A stretch of DNA of 64,000 bases from an uncultured Granulosicoccaceae bacterium (lineage in GTDB: Bacteria > Pseudomonadota > Gammaproteobacteria > Granulosicoccales > Granulosicoccaceae): positions 8,469-72,468 of the forward strand of contig CALHNS010000005.1 of the NCBI GenBank assembly GCA_938035125.1. The letters are read 5' to 3'. Each line of letters opens with the position of its first letter. Position 1 is the stretch's first letter. Positions 44,601 through 53,613 of the stretch are shown in pieces. Both the position numbers and the translations under genes were made by a program. The notes under the pieces were generated by a model that did no database searches, was not told the origin of the DNA, and saw nothing but the letters and a program-made list of their open reading frames with translations.

Positions 44601-47168
44601 CTAACTCACTGTTCTAAGTAACTGCGCAGGCGATACAGACAACGAGCGAGACACCCAAATCGCACCGGCACCTAAACAAAGTAATACGATTGCCACCGAC
44701 ACCACAATCCCTGACAACCACGTTATGCCGCCCACTGGTAATTCTAACCAAGCTATGGCCACAGCAGCGCCGAGCGCACTGCCAATGACTCCGGCGAATA
44801 CCGCTACTACACATCCTAGTAATAAATATTCAACCCCTAAAGATCGCATTAAGCTGCCACGCCTGCTGCCAATAGCATGCAGCACGGCTGCTTCTTTTAA
44901 TTGTCTTTGACGATTAGCGGCTACTACGCTGGCTAAAACCAATAAGCTAGCAATTAAACTGGTTAGCGCCACAATGGCCACGGCAAGTGCTGCTGAATTG
45001 AGTATTCGCCTTGCTGAAGCTAACCCGCGAGCCGTTCGGATAGTAACAACCGATGGAAATTTTGATGCGATAGTGTTGGCTGCAACTATGTCGATACTTT
45101 GCGCGGTTTGTTGCGCTAGATTATTCTTATCATCTTGGTAAGCTACTCCTACGTAACGTGTGATGTAGTCATCCAGCACCCCTGGGCTAAATAAAGCCTC
45201 AAACCAGAAACGCGTTTCGAAGTTGCCTTGTGCGTATATCGCTACAAGCTCAGCATCTAGCGTATTACCGAGAATGGTAAAACGCAGTGTATCGCCAACA
45301 TGCACACCAATTTGCCCTGCCTCCCTGTCTTCCATGGCTACCTGGGCAGGCCCTGAATAATCGGATGGCCAAAATGTTCCTGAACTTGCCCGCACGTTAT
45401 CGACACGCTCTAATCGATAGCTGAGCTTGTGCTCGTCATTGGCTTCTAATGCTTCAGACGCATCGTTACGTAATACCAGCGGCTCGCCATTAACCGAGGT
45501 TAAACGCCCCAGCACCAATGGCACCGTTTGCACAGCGGTAATTCCCGGCGCACTGGCTACGGTTTCCTCAAAGCGCTCAATTTCATCAGCTTGTATATCG
45601 TAGAACGCCAAAGCAGGTGCGCGAGCAGGCACTGTGCTATCGAGCAAACGAACCATAGCCACGATGACAATCGTTGCGGCAACAAGCAATGTGGTTGCGA
45701 TACCCAGTGAGAGCAGCAAAGGTCGAAGCGGTGAACCAGGTTGATCCAAACCCGCTAACGCTCGCCGCGTGGCGAAGTGTGAATCGATTTTCCCCGATCG
45801 CACAATGCGTCGAGAGTAACGACGGATAAGCACAACAAGGCCCGAAAGGGCTGCGTAGAGAAACACCATCGCGATGATGAATCCAACACCAATAACCCGA
45901 TCAGGCAACAACACCACCAAAGCAATAGCAGCCACTACACCCAGCGCAGAACACACAATTTTTGCACGAGAAGACAAAGGTGTTCGCACATCTTGTTCTG
46001 TATCGCCACGCAATAGCTTGGCAGGCGATGTAGATAAACTTCTTGCTAAATTAGGTGCTGCAAAAGCAATGGCTGCCAAGGTGCCAAAAGCCATAGAAAC
46101 CACCGCAGGTTGAATAAGCAATATGGGGGATGTAGAAACCGGCATGCCGCCGGCTAAGGTTTTTGATAATACAAACGCGATGCTAACGCCAATAAATGCA
46201 GCCAAGGCACTGGTGAAGGCTGCTACCAGTAACACTTCGGAAACCATGACCATCGATCGAGAATGATCCCTTGCGCCAATAGCTGATAAGGTGGCTAGAT
46301 CTTCTCGGCGCGAGTGCATCCAAGCAGCCACACCGTTGGCCACGCCCAGACCACCCACTAACAACGTAGCTACCGCCAACAACAAAAGCACAGCCGCTAC
46401 TTCATTTAATCGTTCTGATACTCGATCATTACGGCCCTCTACGGTATTGATTTCTGCCGTGCTATTGGGAAATGCTGCCCGCCAGAGCTCAATGAAATCA
46501 TCTGTATTCCCATGCTCACCTTTCAAAGGATCAATGCCAGGCCCCTCTAATCGCACACGGTATTCATAATCGACAAGGCTTGTCGGTGTTATAAGACCTG
46601 TTGCCTCAAGTGTTTTTTGTGAAACTAGAACAGGAGGGCCGCGAACATCAGCCGAAAACGCACGATCGGGCTGATTGAGAATGATGGCCCTCACCGTTAA
46701 TTCGATATCGCCTACTGAAACCGTATCGCCTAGCTCAAGATCTAAGTCAACCGCTAAGGCCGGGTCAATTGCAGCACCCAATAAGTCAGTTGCCTCAAGC
46801 AGCGTAATATCAGGCTCGAACTGCACTTGCCCGTATAACGGGTAACTTGCATCGACACTTTGCAGTTCAATGACGGTGAAGTCATCATCTTCAGTACCTA
46901 ACATGGTGCGAAGTTCGGTTAAACGCGACACCGTGCCTTGCTCATCAATCCAATTTAAGGTTTCTGTGTCTAACGGCTGACGCACATCTAATTCAACATC
47001 ACCACCAAAAAGTTGCCGCTCTTCACTGGCAATGCCATCTCGAATAAGTGCTAACAAACCGGTGCATGCGGCAATGAGTAGCACCCCCAGAAACAAACTG
47101 ATGGCCATGAGGTGTAGCGGTCGCGAGCGGCGATTACCCCAAAGATCTCGCCATAGAAATTTCAGCAC
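44601..47168 (-). CDS. ybbP: FtsX-domain ABC transporter permease, YbbP-like (two FtsX modules, MacB/LolC-type)
   Basis: 855 aa. Two repeats of large periplasmic loop plus 3-4 TM helices. Follows the YbbA-like ATPase by 12 nt. Confidence 0.8.
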   Translation of the reverse strand: MLKFLWRDLWGNRRSRPLHLMAISLFLGVLLIAACTGLLALIRDGIASEERQLFGGDVELDVRQPLDTETLNWIDEQGTVSRLTELRTMLGTEDDDFTVIELQSVDASYPLYGQVQFEPDITLLEATDLLGAAIDPALAVDLDLELGDTVSVGDIELTVRAIILNQPDRAFSADVRGPPVLVSQKTLEATGLITPTSLVDYEYRVRLEGPGIDPLKGEHGNTDDFIELWRAAFPNSTAEINTVEGRNDRVSERLNEVAAVLLLLAVATLLVGGLGVANGVAAWMHSRREDLATLSAIGARDHSRSMVMVSEVLLVAAFTSALAAFIGVSIAFVLSKTLAGGMPVSTSPILLIQPAVVSMAFGTLAAIAFAAPNLARSLSTSPAKLLRGDTEQDVRTPLSSRAKIVCSALGVVAAIALVVLLPDRVIGVGFIIAMVFLYAALSGLVVLIRRYSRRIVRSGKIDSHFATRRALAGLDQPGSPLRPLLLSLGIATTLLVAATIVIVAMVRLLDSTVPARAPALAFYDIQADEIERFEETVASAPGITAVQTVPLVLGRLTSVNGEPLVLRNDASEALEANDEHKLSYRLERVDNVRASSGTFWPSDYSGPAQVAMEDREAGQIGVHVGDTLRFTILGNTLDAELVAIYAQGNFETRFWFEALFSPGVLDDYITRYVGVAYQDDKNNLAQQTAQSIDIVAANTIASKFPSVVTIRTARGLASARRILNSAALAVAIVALTSLIASLLVLASVVAANRQRQLKEAAVLHAIGSRRGSLMRSLGVEYLLLGCVVAVFAGVIGSALGAAVAIAWLELPVGGITWLSGIVVSVAIVLLCLGAGAIWVSRSLSVSPAQLLRTVS

Positions 47169-47180
47169 GGTGATACGTCC

Positions 47181-47849
47181 CTATGCACTCACCGTTTGCA
47201 AACTGCCTTCATGCAAACGAACTTGCCTTTCACAGCGAGCGGCTAACGCAGGATCGTGAGTAACCAACAACAAAGTGGCATCGTTCTCCTGATTTAATTC
47301 AAACAATAGATCCGCTACTGCATCGCCGGTTTGGTTGTCTAAGTTACCCGTAGGCTCATCAGCCACAATAAGTGAGGGCTTATGAATCAAAGCGCGCGCT
47401 ATCGCGACACGCTGCCTTTCACCACCCGACATAGCATTAGGATAATGATGGGCTCTGTGCCCTAACCCTACACGCTCTAATAATTCAGCTGCTTGTGTCC
47501 GAGCGCTTTCTGAACCTGCAATATCCAGTGGTAAGGCAACATTTTCGCAAGCGGTTAGGCTTGGAATTAAATGAAAACTTTGAAATACGATGCCAATATC
47601 ATCGCGCCTAATATCAGCTCGCGCATCGCTCGATAGGGTATGCAATGATTTACCTGAAAACACGACCGACCCACTGTCCGGAGTCTCAAGCCCAGTTAAC
47701 ACCAACAACAGCGATGACTTACCCGAACCAGACGGGCCTATAATGGCAACACTCTGACCTTGCTCCACATCAAGAGATGCACCCTTTAGTACTGGTATGG
47801 TTGTATCACCTGCGCTGTACGCTAAGTGGACATCATCAAGTGAAATCAA
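47181..47849 (-). CDS. ybbA: ABC transporter ATP-binding protein, YbbA/LolD/MacB-NBD-like
   Basis: 222 aa. Walker A GPSGSGKSS, signature MSGGERQR, Walker B LIVADEPTGNLD. TTG start overlaps the GH10 stop as TTGA (47846-47849). Confidence 0.9.
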   Translation of the reverse strand: MISLDDVHLAYSAGDTTIPVLKGASLDVEQGQSVAIIGPSGSGKSSLLLVLTGLETPDSGSVVFSGKSLHTLSSDARADIRRDDIGIVFQSFHLIPSLTACENVALPLDIAGSESARTQAAELLERVGLGHRAHHYPNAMSGGERQRVAIARALIHKPSLIVADEPTGNLDNQTGDAVADLLFELNQENDATLLLVTHDPALAARCERQVRLHEGSLQTVSA

Positions 47850-49867
47850 TTATTGCCCAAAGCCTCTTGCATCGCCCCGTATGAGTCTTTCACCTGATAG
47901 CTTCTATTCAAATACAAAGGGTCTAAAAACGTGCGGAAAGAATAACGATCTGTAAAACCCCAGGTTTGCAGTACATTACATCTCGGCTGTGCTTGGCACG
48001 TATTCACAACCCCTGCATAAACAGCGGCTTGTTGAGAGGCGTTACCACCATCAGCAATTGCTACATCCAATTCTGTTATGTGAACATCCAAACCGCGTTC
48101 AACCACCGCTGCCATGTTAGCGCCTAGCTCATCAAACTGATCGTAACTTGAAAATACGTGCATCTGAAAACCAATCGCATCAAGCGGTACGCTGCGCGCT
48201 TGCAAGCGATCAATTAACTGAAGTAAACCATCAAATTTTGGCCCTGCGAATCCGATATCAAACTCATTCAACACTAAGGTTGCCGTTGGGTCTAATTCTT
48301 TTGCCTGTGCGAACGCGATATCAATATAACTCTCGCCCATAGCTTCATACCAAATTGACTGTCGCATGTTGCCATCAGAATCGTTCAACGGCTCGTTGAT
48401 CACATCCCAATAGTCAATGCCTTCACCGTAACGATTCATCACACGCGTAATAAATTCACGCATGTGTACTTCACGATCGTTCACCGCTGTCGCTTCCACC
48501 CAACTAGGCAGGCTGCGGTGCCACACTAAAGGATGGCCCCGCACACTCATACTGTGCAATGCGGCAAACTGCATTAAGTTATCCATATCAGCAAACGTAA
48601 ATTCACCAGGCACAGGATTAATCGCATCCCATTTCATAGAGCTCTCTGGCGTCATAATGCCAAACTCAGTAGAGGCAACCGATTCGTATACACCACCGTC
48701 ACCCTGCAAATAAAACACAGGAGATACTGCACTACCAAAAAGCAGCCCACTGCCAGCAGCAGCATCTTTCAATCGAGCACCGCTTCGTTCGAAATCACTA
48801 GCCGGGCGAACAAAAAACGTGATTTGATCTAACCCTGTTAATTCAGGGTCAATCTCGTCACGAGTTAGCACATCAATGGTTACCGTTCCTACCTCATCGG
48901 GTATTACTTGTAACCATTGCAAGTCGGGATCACGCTCATCGGGTGTTAAGGTTGCAGTTGCTGGTGGGTTTAATAATTCAATGGTGGGGGTTGTACCATT
49001 TCGATCAAAGCCATCGAGTAACACAACAGCCGGATCACCAACACGCACGGTGTAACTGGTTACAGGCTCTATGGTGGGTGCAATGTTAGGCTCAACACTG
49101 GTTGGGTTTTCATCAACCGCAATAAGTAATGTTTGCGAACTGCGGTATAAAGAATCAACAGGGTCGATAGCCACAACCGTAAATGCTGTAATGCCCACGT
49201 CGGCTTGAAAGGTTTGCCACAACAAAGTTCGAGTACCATCAAAGTTATCATCAAACGTGGCTCCTTCTGGCAACTCCTGGGCAAACATACCGGGTAACTC
49301 GCCTTCAGGGTCGCGAGGAATGTATCGAATCTCAACAATATCTCCAGCGCTTACGCGAACGTTTTCTAAGCCCTCAAAAAATGGAGGCGCGTTCGAAGTT
49401 GTGTCAAGCCCTGGTGGCACAGTTACCACAGCTTCTGGTAATCCACGTGCGAAGTCCTCTTCACTAAATTCAGCCGCCTGAGTTTTAAACGGTATTCGCG
49501 GCGCCGGATCTCGCACCACCTGGAAACTGGTAATGGTGTTTAATTCAGAAGCCTGCGGAATCGGCTCATCATTGGCTGAAGGATCTTCAGTGATGGACGG
49601 GCTGGGTAACGGGCTTAACACCAACGCAGCTACAGGACCACCTGGCGCGTTGTCTCCACCGTCAACAGGCATCATCGAGTCAGGCATCGAATCAACAGAA
49701 GGGTCAGTCGTGGTGCCAGGATTGTTAGGCTCAGGATTCTCCTGTGCACCAGAAACAGGATTACTAGGCAGCTCATCAGGCCCACTGTCGCTACTGCACG
49801 CTGACAGTATAAAAAGCGCGAAAAATGTGACAACGGATCGATTAATAAGATTCATGCGAGGGATCAT
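47846..49867 (-). CDS. lipoprotein endo-1,4-beta-xylanase, glycoside hydrolase family 10, with two cadherin/Ig-like N-terminal modules
   Basis: 673 aa. Lipobox ILSAC, Pro/Asp/Ser linker. Two modules of the type PPFFEGLENVRVSAGD...LPEGATFDDN..GT. GH10 blocks GHPLVWHRSLPSWV, YWDVINEP (acid/base Glu), HITELDV (nucleophile Glu), QTWGFTD. Confidence 0.85.
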   Translation of the reverse strand: MIPRMNLINRSVVTFFALFILSACSSDSGPDELPSNPVSGAQENPEPNNPGTTTDPSVDSMPDSMMPVDGGDNAPGGPVAALVLSPLPSPSITEDPSANDEPIPQASELNTITSFQVVRDPAPRIPFKTQAAEFSEEDFARGLPEAVVTVPPGLDTTSNAPPFFEGLENVRVSAGDIVEIRYIPRDPEGELPGMFAQELPEGATFDDNFDGTRTLLWQTFQADVGITAFTVVAIDPVDSLYRSSQTLLIAVDENPTSVEPNIAPTIEPVTSYTVRVGDPAVVLLDGFDRNGTTPTIELLNPPATATLTPDERDPDLQWLQVIPDEVGTVTIDVLTRDEIDPELTGLDQITFFVRPASDFERSGARLKDAAAGSGLLFGSAVSPVFYLQGDGGVYESVASTEFGIMTPESSMKWDAINPVPGEFTFADMDNLMQFAALHSMSVRGHPLVWHRSLPSWVEATAVNDREVHMREFITRVMNRYGEGIDYWDVINEPLNDSDGNMRQSIWYEAMGESYIDIAFAQAKELDPTATLVLNEFDIGFAGPKFDGLLQLIDRLQARSVPLDAIGFQMHVFSSYDQFDELGANMAAVVERGLDVHITELDVAIADGGNASQQAAVYAGVVNTCQAQPRCNVLQTWGFTDRYSFRTFLDPLYLNRSYQVKDSYGAMQEALGNN

Positions 49868-49928
49868 ACAAAGGTTTCACTGCTATTTTAGAAGATCAGA
49901 CCCCGCTTCGTTGGCATGGGTTTCGTGG

Positions 49929-49944
49929 CATTGTGGTCACAATG
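49929..49944. promoter_or_regulatory. 16-bp palindrome CATTGTG-GT-CACAATG upstream of the GH10 operon
   Basis: Read directly: perfect 7-bp arms, 62-77 nt upstream of the GH10 start codon. Followed by GCTTTTTT on the plus strand. Confidence 0.35.
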
Positions 49945-50044
49945 GCTTTTTTACCAAGAAATACCGCTCAATTAAACCTATGCAAGCCCAAGAAGGCGCA
50001 ATACAACAGCATCTCAGCCTCATAATCGATGCTAAACCCTTCGA

Positions 50045-50320
50045 TTAACTGCGGCGGATCCGAACCACCTTCATCGATTCAAAATCAAGCCCCGCAACGG
50101 ATTCCACCACTGGGTAGTAGGTTAAGTTAACTTGTGCACCTATCAAGCTCTTGTACAGTTTTTTTCGTTTGTATTGGAACGGTACGGAATAACCCACCAG
50201 CATCAGGGTGTTAAGAAACCACTCTCCTGATTCGCGCTGCACATGGCTCTCAACCTTCGCACCCTCCAGCTGGTTCAATTGCTTATTTTTTTCTAATAGC
50301 TTTTTAGTATCGCGGTTCAT
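50045..50320 (-). CDS. hypothetical small protein
   Basis: 91-aa ORF with an ATG start. No family recognised. The coding call rests on ORF length and plausible composition only. Confidence 0.4.
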   Translation of the reverse strand: MNRDTKKLLEKNKQLNQLEGAKVESHVQRESGEWFLNTLMLVGYSVPFQYKRKKLYKSLIGAQVNLTYYPVVESVAGLDFESMKVVRIRRS

Positions 50321-50468
50321 GAGATGTTCAAATCAGGAAGCTTATGTATTAAAGCGCCAGGCCATTTTAAGAAAGCCTTGACTGCTATTGTAGGTTGAAA
50401 ACGGTTAAGCTTGTTAGCGATAAATTCATCGGTAGCATTAACACACCCTGACACGGCGACGTTTTTAA

Positions 50469-51536
50469 ATGAACTCAGAGCGCACTTACACCCTAGCCTT
50501 AATTGGGCTTGGCATGGTCAGTAAAACATACCTTGATGCGCTGGCCAACATTGGCAGGCCTATCAAACTCAAAGGCATACTCAGTAGCCAAAAGAGCACG
50601 GCAGAACGTTTTCTTTCTAAACATTTCTCAAAAGATCAGCAAGCGCCCCACATTTACTCAAGCGTTGAGACCATAGCGGCCGATCCTGACATTGATTTTG
50701 TCATTATTACTACGCCACCAGATGCACGGGAACCGCTCATCAAGGTACTTGCCGCTGCTGGCAAACCGGTATTAATGGAAAAACCGGTAGAGCGCTCTTT
50801 CCAAGGGGCTGTTCAACTGTGCAAAATATCTGAGGCGGCCAACATCCCACTGGGCATTGTTTTGCAACATCGAGCACGCCCATCAGCGCGTGCGTTAACC
50901 GATCTTATAAAAAAAGGCACAACCGGCGCATTGCAAGCAGTAGAAATATCTGTGCCTTGGTGGCGTGACCAAAGTTATTACGATGAACCTGGCAGAGGCA
51001 CATACGCACGCGACGGTGGCGGGGTTATGATCAGTCAGGCCATCCACACCTTAGACCTTGCGTTGCAATTTACCGGTGATGTGCAAGACGTTATTGCACT
51101 AACAACAACAACAAATGCGCACACAATGGAGGCGGAAAACTTTGTTTGTGGGGGTTTACGATTTGCAAATGGCGCCGTGGGCTCGGTGTTACTGTCCACC
51201 GCCAGCTACCCAGGGCGAACTGAGAAAATCATTTTGCACTATGACAATGTCAGTGCCACTTTAGAATCCAGCCTATTAACATTACATTGGCGCGATGGCC
51301 AATCAACTACCGTTGGCGAAATGGCTGCAACAGGTGCGGGTGCAGACCCTATGGCTTTTACATCCGATTGGCATCGTATCGTTATTGAGAATTTTATGAC
51401 CATGCTTGATAGTGGCGATACACTTTTAGCAACCGCTCGATCTGCGTTACCCGTTCATGCGCTTATTGAAGCGCTTGAACTATCTGGTCGCAGTGGCCAA
51501 CGAGAGGCTGTAAAACATATAGGAGATGCATCATGA
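50469..51536 (+). CDS. Gfo/Idh/MocA family oxidoreductase (1 of 3)
   Basis: 355 aa. LALIGLGMVS dinucleotide-binding motif, LMEKPVE motif. The stop overlaps the next start as ATGA. Confidence 0.85.
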   Translation: MNSERTYTLALIGLGMVSKTYLDALANIGRPIKLKGILSSQKSTAERFLSKHFSKDQQAPHIYSSVETIAADPDIDFVIITTPPDAREPLIKVLAAAGKPVLMEKPVERSFQGAVQLCKISEAANIPLGIVLQHRARPSARALTDLIKKGTTGALQAVEISVPWWRDQSYYDEPGRGTYARDGGGVMISQAIHTLDLALQFTGDVQDVIALTTTTNAHTMEAENFVCGGLRFANGAVGSVLLSTASYPGRTEKIILHYDNVSATLESSLLTLHWRDGQSTTVGEMAATGAGADPMAFTSDWHRIVIENFMTMLDSGDTLLATARSALPVHALIEALELSGRSGQREAVKHIGDAS

Positions 51537-52549
51537 AAGACGGACCTAACCTAGGCGTACTAGGCATTGACCACGCTCATATCTTTAACATGCTAGGCAA
51601 TATGCTTAAACATGGCAGCCACTGTGCGCACTGGTGGAGTGCAGAACCTACCAGTAACGATAGCGATTTCATTAAAGCTTTCCCAACGCTTATAAAAGTT
51701 GATAATAAATCCTGCATCATTGACGATCCCAACATCGACATGATTCTTATTTCAGCGATACCTGCTGACAGAGCAGAATTAGCCATAGCGGCAATGGAGG
51801 CAGGTAAAGATGTGATGGTGGATAAACCAGGTTGCACAACGCTTGAGCAACTCGCATCGATAAAGGAATGCGTAAAACGCACCGGTAAAAAATGGAGCGT
51901 CAATTTTTCAGAGCGCTTTGAAGTGCCCGCAGTTGTTAAGGCTGAAGAATTGGTAGCAAACGGTGAAATCGGGCGAGTTATTCAAACTATAGGCACAGGA
52001 CCCCACCAGCAAGGATTGCACAAACGCCCCGATTGGTTTTACCAACGTAATCGTTTTGGGGGAATACTTTGTGACATTGGTTCTCACCAAATTGATCAAT
52101 TTCTATTTTTCACAAAATCAACCGATGTAACCATTGCCCATGCCTTAGCGGAGAACACCACTAAACCAGATCAGCCTGGTTTTCAAGACTTTGGTGAAGT
52201 GGTACTAAAAGGCGACAAAGGGCATGGATACATTCGAGTAGACTGGTTTACACCTGACGCACTACCTGTTTGGGGCGATGGCCGACTGATGATACTGGGA
52301 GAGAAAGGTTACATAGAATTACGCAAATATATTGATGTGGGCCGAGAAAACACCGGCAATCATTTATACCTAGCCAATGGGGATCGTGTTGAACACATAG
52401 ATTGTAACAACGTAGAACTTAACTACTCACCCAGATTAATTGCTGATATAGAGAACCGAACCGAAACCGCTGTATCCCAAGAACATACGTTTCGCACAAT
52501 GGAACTTGCCTTACTGGCCCAACAACAAGCTGAGTTAAAATCAGCATGA
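51533..52549 (+). CDS. Gfo/Idh/MocA family oxidoreductase-like protein (2 of 3) with degenerate N-terminal glycine motif
   Basis: 338 aa. LGVLGIDHAH sits in place of GxGxxG, VMVDKPG motif. ATGA overlaps at both ends. Confidence 0.8.
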   Translation: MKDGPNLGVLGIDHAHIFNMLGNMLKHGSHCAHWWSAEPTSNDSDFIKAFPTLIKVDNKSCIIDDPNIDMILISAIPADRAELAIAAMEAGKDVMVDKPGCTTLEQLASIKECVKRTGKKWSVNFSERFEVPAVVKAEELVANGEIGRVIQTIGTGPHQQGLHKRPDWFYQRNRFGGILCDIGSHQIDQFLFFTKSTDVTIAHALAENTTKPDQPGFQDFGEVVLKGDKGHGYIRVDWFTPDALPVWGDGRLMILGEKGYIELRKYIDVGRENTGNHLYLANGDRVEHIDCNNVELNYSPRLIADIENRTETAVSQEHTFRTMELALLAQQQAELKSA

Positions 52550-53613
52550 GTAACCCACGTAACGTTGCCATTATAGGAGCAGGGATTGGACGAGAGCATC
52601 TTGATGCGTATTTGCAATTGCCCGATAAATTTACCGTTAGCATTCTTTGCGATTTGGATGCCGCTCGTGCAAAGGAAGTACTAATAAATTCACCTACAAC
52701 TCGGTACATCGATAGCATAAACACGGTATTACAAGATGAATCAATTGAAATAATCGATATCTGCCTACCACCGCACCTACATTTTGAAACCTGCCAACGT
52801 TCACTATCAGCAGGAAAGAAAGTTATTTGCGAAAAGCCTTTAGTATCTAGCGTAAAACACGCAGATGAATTGATAGAGCTGAGCAACAGCAAGGGCTTGC
52901 CCATTTTCCCTGTTTTTCAATATCGATATGGCTTGGGCGGCATGCAAATGCGCAAATTAATTGATAGCGGATTAACAGGTAAGGCTTATACCGGCACGCT
53001 GGAAACACATTGGAACCGAGGACCGGCCTATTACGAACCACAATGGCGAGGAACGTGGGCCGGTGAGCAAGGCGGTGCTGTGTTGAATCACGCTATTCAC
53101 ATGCACGATTGGCTGAACTTTGTTTTCGGCCCAGTGGAATCGGTGTTCGCACAACTTGCCACGCGCGTTAATGATATTGAAGTTGAAGATTGCGCAGCAC
53201 TGTCGCTTCGAATGAAAAGTGGTGCCTTAGTCACTAGCTCGATCACACTAGGCGCTGCAAATGATACTTCTCGTTTACGTTTTTGCTTTGAAGGCCTAAC
53301 AGCTGAAAGTGGAACCAACCCTTACGCACCCGCAGATGATCAATGGAGCTTTATTGCTCGTGAACCTTTCAATCAAACCAATATCGATCAAGAGCTTGCG
53401 TCTATCACTAAACCACCATCGGGTTACGTGGGGTTCTTCACAGCGATTGCCGACGCACTTGATGGAAAAAACGGCCACGAGGTAACCCTAGCAGATGGCC
53501 GACGTTCTTTAGAATTTGTTAGCGCAGTTTATGCATCGGCCCGCGCACAGCAACCCGTTGAATTACCGTTAACGGCAAACCATCCTAGTTACGGAGGCTG
53601 GGGGCCGAATTAA
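52546..53613 (+). CDS. Gfo/Idh/MocA family oxidoreductase (3 of 3)
   Basis: 355 aa. VAIIGAGIGREH Rossmann motif, VICEKPL motif. Confidence 0.85.
   Translation: MSNPRNVAIIGAGIGREHLDAYLQLPDKFTVSILCDLDAARAKEVLINSPTTRYIDSINTVLQDESIEIIDICLPPHLHFETCQRSLSAGKKVICEKPLVSSVKHADELIELSNSKGLPIFPVFQYRYGLGGMQMRKLIDSGLTGKAYTGTLETHWNRGPAYYEPQWRGTWAGEQGGAVLNHAIHMHDWLNFVFGPVESVFAQLATRVNDIEVEDCAALSLRMKSGALVTSSITLGAANDTSRLRFCFEGLTAESGTNPYAPADDQWSFIAREPFNQTNIDQELASITKPPSGYVGFFTAIADALDGKNGHEVTLADGRRSLEFVSAVYASARAQQPVELPLTANHPSYGGWGPN

Noticed and set aside
49533-50048. 171-aa plus-strand ORF overlapping the 5' end of the GH10 gene.
   Set aside because: Gly/Ser-rich antisense of the xylanase's Pro/Asp/Ser linker. 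It runs across the intergenic region without any recognisable domain. The GH10 frame is strongly supported.
52419-52904. 161-aa minus-strand ORF across the junction of the second and third Gfo/Idh/MocA genes.
   Set aside because: It lies fully inside two well-supported plus-strand genes, and no family signature is present.
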